Source: a virus. From it: a stretch of 46,038 nucleotides of DNA. The stretch spans positions 1 to 46,038 of IMG/VR virus record IMGVR_UViG_3300000944_000005. The stretch is one strand, 5' to 3'. Positions 38,101 through 46,038 of this stretch are shown piece after piece. The first letter of the stretch is position 1. The number at the start of each line of letters is the position of its first letter. A program made the position numbers and the translations under genes. The notes under the pieces were generated by a model. That model did no database searches. It was given only the letters and a program-made list of their open reading frames with translations, and was not told the origin of the DNA.

Positions 38101-38442
38101 AGTCTCGTCACCAATCAAGTGCCCCGGTACGAACTGAGCAATCTTGTTTTGGTTCCTCACGTTCATCGTGAGTGTGAAGTCTTCGTCGTAGAGTGCTCGA
38201 TGATACAAGTACTCAAGGTTAGGTCCCCACGATAGTAGTCGCCGAGTCTTTACGGATTTACCCTCAAAGACTGGTTCTTCATCACCCATAGCCACCGCCG
38301 CTGCGATGAAGTTAGGGCCGGGTACTGGTATACCTGGTGAGTTCAATGGGTAGAACGGGAACTGTTGTTGTAATTCATCCCGCTGTGACCCAGGGGGTAA
38401 CGTACGTACTAATTGAAATACGTCGCCTGGTTGTTGTGACAT
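35195..38442 (-). CDS. polA: family A DNA polymerase with N-terminal UDG-like and 3'-5' exonuclease domains, frameshifted at ~35760
   Basis: UDG-like FVGPAS and HPAAVLR; exo DGEWEG and YAQYD; TGRGSSSRPPLQNI; motif A EADYTGAEL; motif B KNVNFGIPYG; the second ORF carries NFPIQNTVAD and motif C QIHDAL. Confidence 0.9.
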
Positions 38443-38462
38443 TAAGCGTCTCCGATCTTGTA

Positions 38463-39584
38463 CTACTCTGAAAGAATGACTCCACGTTCCCGTGCGGTGG
38501 AGTGAATGATGTTGCGTAACGTACTTCGATCGTAGTCACCGCAATCGTAACCTTCCGGTAAACGAATCTCTACAACAACCACATTGTTACTCAACATATT
38601 CTGTACTACCCCTCGCATCTCATCATAAGCGTCAGGGTCTAACATCAATATCACTGGTTTCCCTTGCCAGTGATTCAGTACAAGTTGGTACTGCTGGTAA
38701 GCCATAGATTTACCCAGGAGTGCGACAGCATTGTCGCCGACACTGTGTACATCGGTTGGCCCTTCAGTGATCACCAAGTAATCCTTGTTGATCGCGTTGT
38801 CGTAGTTATATAGTAAGAACCGTTTACGCATACCAGGCATACCCCAGTACTTAGGTCCACGAGCTGAAAACGGTTGCCCGTACTTTGGGGGAACTTCGCG
38901 GGCTTGCCAACCTACTAGTTCACCATTTCGCTTTATCGGAAAGATGATCCGATTCAATGCTGTAGCATAACGACTACTACTTACATTAATGCAGTAACTG
39001 ATTTCGTAATGATCGAGCATCCACGTAGTGTACCGGCGATCCCCACACATGTACTGCACAGCAGGGTGACTAGGCATTGATCGTGATAGGTCACTCATGG
39101 GTACGAGTTGACCTGGGGGTTCTACTGTCCGAAGGTTATTACCTTCCTCCCAATCTACCATCGGGTTATTCAAAGCAAACTGTGTTCGGTGTCTGATATT
39201 TGCGTTCACGAAGCCGTAAGCCGCGTTATCAAACTGTTGCCAGTTATCTCGATCACCTAAACAATCTTCATTGTAACACTTCGCCAGGAATCGCATGGGT
39301 TTACCGTTAAGCCCTAACTGTCCGTAACGATGATTGACCCACAATCGGTGTCGTGTGTCACGACAGAACGGGCAGTTAACACGATAGTACTCACCGGATT
39401 CAACAATAACACTTTCGTGACTACCGTCATGCATCCTGACTGAGTGACACACCATCGGGATACCTTGATTTGCGATGATGACACCACCACCAAAAGCTGC
39501 GGCTAAGTTGGTGTGCAACTGCGGACAAATAACAGCGTTAGATCCAATTGTTGGGAAGAGTGGGTCGTATGTAGGTTGAGTCAT
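38463..39584 (-). CDS. DNA primase (zinc finger + Toprim)
   Basis: CPFCRD..H, RIIFPI, GWQAR, ITEGPTD, LDPD, YDCGD. Confidence 0.88.
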   Translation of the reverse strand: MTQPTYDPLFPTIGSNAVICPQLHTNLAAAFGGGVIIANQGIPMVCHSVRMHDGSHESVIVESGEYYRVNCPFCRDTRHRLWVNHRYGQLGLNGKPMRFLAKCYNEDCLGDRDNWQQFDNAAYGFVNANIRHRTQFALNNPMVDWEEGNNLRTVEPPGQLVPMSDLSRSMPSHPAVQYMCGDRRYTTWMLDHYEISYCINVSSSRYATALNRIIFPIKRNGELVGWQAREVPPKYGQPFSARGPKYWGMPGMRKRFLLYNYDNAINKDYLVITEGPTDVHSVGDNAVALLGKSMAYQQYQLVLNHWQGKPVILMLDPDAYDEMRGVVQNMLSNNVVVVEIRLPEGYDCGDYDRSTLRNIIHSTARERGVILSE

Positions 39585-39585
39585 A

Positions 39586-41310
39586 TCAGAGTCCTATGTC
39601 TTGTGCGTCAGATGATTGTAAAGGGTCTGTTGCAGGTTGTGGTGAATTAGGGTTCTCCAAACCTGCTGGCCCAGCCTGCGCTGTCTGGCAGACTACTTGC
39701 TCTGTACCTGCGATCTGAGATTGTTCCGTGATAGTGACAAATTCTCGTGAAGCAGAGTTAACTGTGTAAATCTCAGTTACGTCTTCGATCGTAGCGTAGG
39801 GTGTGATCCTTAGAATTGGTGGTGTGATAACCTCATTGGGTCTTGTACGAACTTTCGAGAAGTTACCTCGCCGTGTTCCGTTTTTATCCGGTACACCTAA
39901 ACACAAACAATGTGCCATGTTCTCCGCAAAGTCTTTCGACTCACTCGCGTCACTGTGGTGGATTAACTTGGTCGGTGATACTGTACCCATCTGTCCTTTG
40001 ACTTGGTGCAGTAACCAAGTAGTAGCGGCGAACCTTTCTGAAATCTGTTGACGACACACATCACCACAATTTTTCAGTAGTCGGCGGTACCCACTCTCGT
40101 CCATCCCTTGAGAGGCCATGTATCGTTCACACAATAGACCTGCGTAGTCAATTACCACCTGACGGATATTCTTATTCATACGCGTAAGATAAGAAACAAT
40201 CTCTGGTACGTAACCGTTACCTGCGTTTGGAAACTCTTCAGAACCAGACATGTCAATCACTTTAAGACACTGCGCTAGTTGAGGTGAGTAAGCTTGGTAC
40301 CGCTCAATTTCAGATAATTTGTGTTCGTTATTCGCCTGGAAGTCGAGTTCGTACTGCGAAAGATTACCAGGTTGAGTAAACTCACTCCAATCCGTCAGGA
40401 TATCTACTTTCTCTTTCGGGATCTTGAAGTAAGACGACCAGATACGTGGTCGTAACTTGATGGCTGCCTCTTCCACAGTTACATAAACCACAACATCCGG
40501 ACCCCCGTCAGGCATTCCTGCGTCCACCCAATCAGCCCAACACTGTTTTGCTGTCTGGCACGCCATAAATACACCCAGTGTAGTTTTACCACCACCGGTT
40601 GGTCCAATAATCCCGTTACAGTCACCAACACGTTGACCACCGATCGATCGATCAATGAAATCAACACCCGTAGGTGTGAACACACTGGACGGGACAAGCT
40701 CACTACCGATATCTGGCGCCATATCTACGAGTGGCATCACACTGGTGGTAGAGAGTCGTGCCTGTTGATGATTGACCACGTCCAAGAAACTGGACAACAT
40801 ATCAATATTAGGGACGCCGGCACTTAAACTAGGGTTGAGTACTTGGCGTAATGGCATAACTACCGTACGTTCATTACTGAACCGGCGTAGTAGTTCGCGA
40901 GCAAAGGCTTTGTGTCCGTCTTGTAACTCAAAGCCTGGATTGCAGATATTCCAGAGCATCCCGTCATCATCGGGCTGGAAAGTGATACTAGCCTGCTCCA
41001 TCGTGAGTGTGTGGATAGGCGTAGGGCCGGTGGTTAACTGATTGATGTACTCAGTTGCGGCCTCGAACGTTGGATGACCATAGTGCGTGTAACAATAGTC
41101 TATGGCCTCATACGCAAGTCGTAGCGGTAACTCACCTGCTTGGAAATGGTGAGGAGCCATTAACGTCTTGGCTTCTTGGAAGAATCCAGGATCGTTGGCG
41201 AGGCATAACAGCAACCATTCGATTGCTTGTGGTGTAATTAACTCCTGCGTGGCTAAAGGTTGATTCGCTACTAGTGACGGATCCGTGGGGGTATTATCTG
41301 TCCTCGACAT
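39586..41310 (-). CDS. replicative DnaB-like (SF4) helicase
   Basis: TGVDFID, GPTGGGKTT, VTVEE, VVIDYAG, LHQ, KVR; adjacent to the primase. Confidence 0.85.
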   Translation of the reverse strand: MSRTDNTPTDPSLVANQPLATQELITPQAIEWLLLCLANDPGFFQEAKTLMAPHHFQAGELPLRLAYEAIDYCYTHYGHPTFEAATEYINQLTTGPTPIHTLTMEQASITFQPDDDGMLWNICNPGFELQDGHKAFARELLRRFSNERTVVMPLRQVLNPSLSAGVPNIDMLSSFLDVVNHQQARLSTTSVMPLVDMAPDIGSELVPSSVFTPTGVDFIDRSIGGQRVGDCNGIIGPTGGGKTTLGVFMACQTAKQCWADWVDAGMPDGGPDVVVYVTVEEAAIKLRPRIWSSYFKIPKEKVDILTDWSEFTQPGNLSQYELDFQANNEHKLSEIERYQAYSPQLAQCLKVIDMSGSEEFPNAGNGYVPEIVSYLTRMNKNIRQVVIDYAGLLCERYMASQGMDESGYRRLLKNCGDVCRQQISERFAATTWLLHQVKGQMGTVSPTKLIHHSDASESKDFAENMAHCLCLGVPDKNGTRRGNFSKVRTRPNEVITPPILRITPYATIEDVTEIYTVNSASREFVTITEQSQIAGTEQVVCQTAQAGPAGLENPNSPQPATDPLQSSDAQDIGL

Positions 41311-41331
41311 TTGTATTCAATCCTTTTCATT

Positions 41332-42051
41332 TTACGGCCCTACCAATCGCTGCTTTAATTCAGTTGCATCCGTGCGTAAAAGCGCAGGAACTTTGTCACC
41401 AAGCAAAACGTCGTAATCGGCCATCTGAAACATGTATTGTAAAATCGCGTGCGATCGAAAGACTTGGGCAAGAGAGTCCAAACCTTCTGATACGCAAACG
41501 CAGTACCTTACAAGGGGCGACACGCTACACGAACGACTCCGTAAAACATAAGTAATCGCCTTTTGTTGCGACCACTTCATGTTTACTACCAACGGCATCG
41601 ATTCGATACGAATCTGATTCAACTCCGAGGCTACTCGTTGTCGTAAGTTTCGTAAAGCGCTGTCCCTATACACTTGCCAACGATAAACAGCGTCGTCGTT
41701 GTAAAGCATATTCGGCTTAGGGAACTGCGTCGGATTATTCAACGTACTGAACTGAGCTCGGATAAATTCAAGAGGATCGGCATTGAGCCGTAAGATGTTC
41801 TCCGCAACCTTTGGCCAAATCGGCTGGCGTCTGGTTCCGTGTTTATTAACACCTCCATCCCAATAAGGCATGGGCTCTTTTCCGTAACCTTCTTTTCCGG
41901 TCATTTCTCGTACGCAGATACAATAAACATTTCGCACCTGCATGGCTAGTGTGTTTATCACATTCTCGATAGAATCATTACGACTAGGTGATTCTTCGAT
42001 ATCCTTGCTGTCGATATTATCAAGAGTAATTACTCGACGTTCACGCGTCAT
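41332..42051 (-). CDS. hypothetical protein in the replication operon (possible helicase loader)
   Basis: 239 aa ORF between two helicases; function inferred from position only. Confidence 0.65.
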   Translation of the reverse strand: MTRERRVITLDNIDSKDIEESPSRNDSIENVINTLAMQVRNVYCICVREMTGKEGYGKEPMPYWDGGVNKHGTRRQPIWPKVAENILRLNADPLEFIRAQFSTLNNPTQFPKPNMLYNDDAVYRWQVYRDSALRNLRQRVASELNQIRIESMPLVVNMKWSQQKAITYVLRSRSCSVSPLVRYCVCVSEGLDSLAQVFRSHAILQYMFQMADYDVLLGDKVPALLRTDATELKQRLVGP

Positions 42052-43567
42052 AACTTATTTGCCTCCGACCAGTTGGCCAGTCCTTTTGAGCCCATCCAAG
42101 TGCTGTATAATGAGACTTCCTCGTTTGTGACTTACGTTTGAAACCAGAATCAAACGCGTCGAAACAGTCGACAACTTCACCGACTTCTTTACCTGTGTCA
42201 GGAGAGATCCGACTCACACGGCCTGGTCCCTGCGCGTCCATAACTTCCGATTCCCGGGCGTCAGCTCTGTACAGGACCTGTAGACCTTCAAAGTCAACTC
42301 CGGTAGCCCACACATCCGTAGCAATCACACGTTTAAGTGTACCAGCTTCGAACTTTTTACGCATGGTCTCTCTTACTTCAGATGTCGTCGGTACGAAGTT
42401 CTCGGGTAAGTAGTGGTTCTTCTTGTACATTTCAAGTTTGTCGTCGTTCATAGATCCATAACACAACGAGAACTCCGGTAAGAATTGCCAAAGGTGTACA
42501 GCATGATCTACTTTGTCAACAAGAATCAAAACCTGTGTATCTGGATCCGGATAATGTTCACGAATATCATCTGCAATCAACTTATTCCGCTCTTGATTAC
42601 GCCACACACCCCAACGCGTTTTAGGTGTACCAGTTTTACCTGCGGCAGGGTTATGAGTAAGTCGGATTGGAATCCATCGTACCTCAATCGGTACTACCAA
42701 TCCGAGTTTAACCGCTTCAGGGTAAAGTAGTTTGAAGATTTTCGGACCAAAGAATTGCTCTAACTTGGCGTGAGCCCCGTCTAAGCGTTTTGGTGTCGCA
42801 GTAAACCCAAAGTTACGTGTATGTCTCCACGACTCTGCCATTGCTTGTGACGTGTTGTTCGTCATCAATTGATGGATCTCATCAGCAAGTAAAATGTCAG
42901 CACCACTATTCTCTGCATGATGAACAGACCCCGCTGTGTAAATAGTTATTCGCTCACCTCGGTGCTTACGCCCACCACCTACTTGACCGATATCTGGTAA
43001 CGATCGTGACAGTTTACGTCTGATCCTAGCAGCCACGTCTTTAGGACGCACGCAGATATCAATCTTAGCATTCGGATACAGGTGGGCGATCGCCTCGAAC
43101 ATGAACGTCTTACCAAAACCCATAGTAGCATGGATCTGCCCACACTGATTAGCCTCAATCAGTTGTAAACATTCTTCCTGCCGTGGACGAAACCCGCCGT
43201 AGAACTGTTGGATAAACTGATGCACACGTGCCCAGTCCGTTGCGTAAGTATTATCTGCTTTCGTTGGACTGATGTCGATGTAGTGAGCAGTGATACCGTG
43301 TTGTTGTAGGATCTGGTTAATCTTAAAGATGAAACCAAATCCAGTGACTAACCGACCGTACTCCAAATCATACATTCGGCGTGTCTCGATATCAATGGAT
43401 CGTTCGCGACCATCAGGGCCGAAGCGGTCATGGCCTCGTAACAACGTGCGATGCTCATACGAAAGATGCGGATGTAGTAGGGATACGATCATTGGATCCA
43501 ACGGGGATTGACCGTCGGGACTGATGTCGATCAAAGTACCGAAGCGTCGGATCAGAACGTGTGTCAT
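42041..43567 (-). CDS. superfamily 2 helicase (UvsW-like)
   Basis: RPRQ, MGFGKT, DEIH, TATP, TGVD, QGPGRVSR. Confidence 0.9.
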   Translation of the reverse strand: MTHVLIRRFGTLIDISPDGQSPLDPMIVSLLHPHLSYEHRTLLRGHDRFGPDGRERSIDIETRRMYDLEYGRLVTGFGFIFKINQILQQHGITAHYIDISPTKADNTYATDWARVHQFIQQFYGGFRPRQEECLQLIEANQCGQIHATMGFGKTFMFEAIAHLYPNAKIDICVRPKDVAARIRRKLSRSLPDIGQVGGGRKHRGERITIYTAGSVHHAENSGADILLADEIHQLMTNNTSQAMAESWRHTRNFGFTATPKRLDGAHAKLEQFFGPKIFKLLYPEAVKLGLVVPIEVRWIPIRLTHNPAAGKTGTPKTRWGVWRNQERNKLIADDIREHYPDPDTQVLILVDKVDHAVHLWQFLPEFSLCYGSMNDDKLEMYKKNHYLPENFVPTTSEVRETMRKKFEAGTLKRVIATDVWATGVDFEGLQVLYRADARESEVMDAQGPGRVSRISPDTGKEVGEVVDCFDAFDSGFKRKSQTRKSHYTALGWAQKDWPTGRRQISYDA

Positions 43568-44085
43568 GTCTTAGTTTCCGTGGATTGTTTTCTGATAGTA
43601 GGCATGACAGACTCGACCTCGAATGTGCCGTAAACTTCGTCATCGCTCTGGAACGGTGATATCCCTTTGTACGTTCCGACTACTTCCAGAAGTTCTGTGA
43701 AATTGTCTAAACTCAACCCGTTAGGTAATACAGCGTTAACACCAATAACCGTACCTGGTCGAAAAGCTTCATGTAGTGTGTAGCGACGTTTCTTTTCTTT
43801 CTTACCTTCTTTGGCTGGTAAAAAACGTTTCCACTCACTTAGGTGCCCGTCGATAACAGGAGCCCACGCGATTTGATCTACCTCACGGTGATAACGATTC
43901 AGTACCTTTGCTGCGTAACGTAGTCGTGTCTTCCACCAAGACGGTAGAAACATTACACGATCACGCCGTTCGCGAGGCATCCGATAAATCACACCACGGT
44001 TACCAGTCAATTTCTGTTTCGCAAATCCGAGACATTCCCTGTTAAAACGTAACCGAATCTTTACTTCTTGCATCGATTCACTCAT
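43564..44085 (-). CDS. stand-alone Cas7/RAMP-like protein
   Basis: N-terminal strand VKIRLRF..ECLG, FLPSWWKTRLRYAA, HEAFRPGTVI, and glycine-loop-like VGTYKGISPF...YGTFEV. Confidence 0.6.
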   Translation of the reverse strand: MSESMQEVKIRLRFNRECLGFAKQKLTGNRGVIYRMPRERRDRVMFLPSWWKTRLRYAAKVLNRYHREVDQIAWAPVIDGHLSEWKRFLPAKEGKKEKKRRYTLHEAFRPGTVIGVNAVLPNGLSLDNFTELLEVVGTYKGISPFQSDDEVYGTFEVESVMPTIRKQSTETKT

Positions 44086-44121
44086 CCTTAATTGAAGCTG
44101 ATATTGTACGCGATCGTGGAC

Positions 44122-45051
44122 TTATTTCAAACCACGGTTAGTGTCATGGTTTTGATAAGCTTTAACTTCGTGACCTTGTAGCAAACTAGCTGGAATAAAC
44201 ATTTGCAGTTCTTGTAACTGTTTGTTCCGATTTACCAATTGTTGTTGCCACGTACGTACGAGGTAAGCGATGAACGTCTGACTCGCTATTAAATTACCTC
44301 GCCAATCACCACCGTGGTGTAAGTAGCGACGCCACAGGAAATTACCTGGTCGTTCGATATCTACAGACGACGGTCTTTGCTTATTCCAACACTGTAGGAC
44401 CTGATTACACCGAATAGACTGAGCACAGTTAATTTCACCAACTAACACCTTTCGCATAATCCTCGGCGTTAGTCCTAAATACCTCTTGAGTTTGGACAAA
44501 CGATAAGGGTGGTTAATATCAATGTACCAACGAGGATCCAGAATCATTCCGGTGAGTTGGGTCAGGGCCTTCCAATTTATCGTAGGAATAAAAGCCATGT
44601 CGTGGTGGATAGGATGCGTCAGCAGCATCGCTTGCGCTTCGTCAATGTTGTCTTGGTCTAAGAAGTTTGCAATTGCGTAACTCGGAAAATCTAATTCGTC
44701 AACCTTGTGCCAACCACCAAGTGATGGTGGCAACAAGCACTGACGCATTCTATAAAGAGCTATTTCCGGGTCGTTCCGTTCGGTCTCTGAGTAACAGAGC
44801 ATCGGCGTTGCAACTTCAATTTTACCTTTCTTACCAGAAGAACAACATTCCCTGTAAAGGTCGACGATCAGAGATGCGTTTTCCTGCATCCCTATTAACC
44901 GCAAGTGTGGATATTCCATCTTGGAAAGTTCACTGACGAAACCAGATTTATCTCGAACCGCTTCCGGGTTGTTATCCCCGCGAGCTACCCACAACTCCCC
45001 GTCATCGGTGAGTTGTAAGTTGATAATCCGATTTGTTTGAACTCTCGTCAT
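44122..45051 (-). CDS. degenerate IS110/Nop-domain (Tas-like) protein
   Basis: HPIHHDMAFIPTI...QLTGMILDPRWY...SKLKRYLGLTP matches the IS110/Nop core; the IS110 catalytic SG loop is absent. Confidence 0.55.
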   Translation of the reverse strand: MTRVQTNRIINLQLTDDGELWVARGDNNPEAVRDKSGFVSELSKMEYPHLRLIGMQENASLIVDLYRECCSSGKKGKIEVATPMLCYSETERNDPEIALYRMRQCLLPPSLGGWHKVDELDFPSYAIANFLDQDNIDEAQAMLLTHPIHHDMAFIPTINWKALTQLTGMILDPRWYIDINHPYRLSKLKRYLGLTPRIMRKVLVGEINCAQSIRCNQVLQCWNKQRPSSVDIERPGNFLWRRYLHHGGDWRGNLIASQTFIAYLVRTWQQQLVNRNKQLQELQMFIPASLLQGHEVKAYQNHDTNRGLK

Positions 45052-46038
45052 AATTGAACTACCGCGTCAAAGAGCGGTGCTAATCCTCTTTCATGGGTGA
45101 TAATAATACATTGTAAGCCTCGTGAAGAAGAGAACTCCTTCAACTTATTGAGGATAGGTTCGAATCCTGCGATGTGGTGTTCGTCGAGGTAAGCTGTTGG
45201 TTCATCTAAATACAGGGCACCAATGTTTTCTGCAAACATCAAATTTAATGCAAGACGAAAAGTGAGTGCCAGGATTACTTTTTGCCCTTCAGACAATCTT
45301 TCCGCAGGTTGTACCGAACCATTGTTAAAGAACGTCTGAAACGAAAGACCTTCATCAGCCGCGACGCGATAACCCGTCTCGAACATCTCCATGCTGTCAT
45401 TCATGTGATCCTGGAGTCGACGAAGATTACGTTGAGCTACAAAACGTGGTGCCGCATCTTTATGTAGTACGCCTCGCATCTCCTGCGCGAAGTCATGCCA
45501 TGCTGTGAGCATGTTTGCTTGAAACTGTACAACCTGCAACTCATCGAGTTGTTGAGTAACGTTAGCCAGTTCTGTTTGAGCGATCGCTAGTTGTTGTTCC
45601 CAAGACCTGCGATCACTTTCTGTCTTATCCCACCCGATAACGTTCTGCTGAGCAGTTGTTAATTGTTCTGCGGTGTACTCAGGTAATTTTGTGAGTTGAG
45701 TATTCATACGATTGATTTGATTCGTCAGTGACGAAATCGTGCCGTCATGCTGCCCTGCTTGCGTACTCAACTGTAACAGACTAGCTCGTAACTCACTCAA
45801 ACCCTCTTCATACGTAGTAGCGTTATCGATCGCCGACTGTAAAGTTGGGACGTTGACATTCTTTGCTTCTACAACTGGGATATCCTGTAGATGTTGTGTC
45901 ACTTGTGTAATCTTAGTAGTCAGCTCGTCAAACTGTTGTTGGTAACGATTTAACTTCTGTTCGTAAGTAAATGTTTCAGCTTGACGAGTCAGCAACAACT
46001 CATGCTCGTTAGTAACCTCCCGAAGTACTCGACGCGCG
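45048..46038 (-). CDS. sbcC: SbcC/Rad50-like SMC ATPase, C-terminal part
   Basis: Coiled coil, LSEGQK signature, LYLDEPT Walker B, IITH; runs off the window end. Confidence 0.9.
   Translation of the reverse strand, partial: ARRVLREVTNEHELLLTRQAETFTYEQKLNRYQQQFDELTTKITQVTQHLQDIPVVEAKNVNVPTLQSAIDNATTYEEGLSELRASLLQLSTQAGQHDGTISSLTNQINRMNTQLTKLPEYTAEQLTTAQQNVIGWDKTESDRRSWEQQLAIAQTELANVTQQLDELQVVQFQANMLTAWHDFAQEMRGVLHKDAAPRFVAQRNLRRLQDHMNDSMEMFETGYRVAADEGLSFQTFFNNGSVQPAERLSEGQKVILALTFRLALNLMFAENIGALYLDEPTAYLDEHHIAGFEPILNKLKEFSSSRGLQCIIITHERGLAPLFDAVVQL

Noticed and set aside
44086-44121. Guide array beside the Cas7-like and Nop-like genes
   Set aside because: The gap is only 36 nt and shows no repeat structure.
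44122-45051. Active IS110 insertion sequence
   Set aside because: No room for a bridge-RNA non-coding end, catalytic motifs are eroded, and the gene is coupled to sbcC.
1-46038. Stop-codon reassignment, as in some large phages
   Set aside because: Conserved enzymes are full length in the standard code, and TAA, TAG and TGA all end genes.

Overview
This ~46 kb window looks like part of a large (jumbo-type) tailed phage genome. It is gene-dense, reads in the standard genetic code, and all but the first three genes lie on the minus strand. Read along the minus strand, it holds three blocks. (1) A replication/recombination operon: SbcC/Rad50, SF2 helicase, DnaB-like helicase, Toprim primase, a UDG-fused family A DNA polymerase broken by a frameshift, a putative SSB and RecA. 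(2) Nucleotide-metabolism and nuclease genes: ThyX, dUTPase, DEDD exonuclease, RuvC-like resolvase, DNA methylase, with thymidylate kinase further downstream. (3) A portal / glycosyltransferase / tubulin cluster. No rRNA, tRNA or CRISPR array was seen. Most notable: a short terminal motif, [KR][DE]xRxIx[LVF]D, shared by about 16 unrelated proteins; an adjacent pair of a degenerate IS110/Nop-like protein and a stand-alone Cas7/RAMP-like protein inside the replication operon; three structured intergenic RNA candidates, one with covarying twin hairpins; a free-standing copy of the portal C-terminal domain next to tubulin; and two apparent deletion-frameshifts. All family calls come from motifs recognised by eye, not from database searches.
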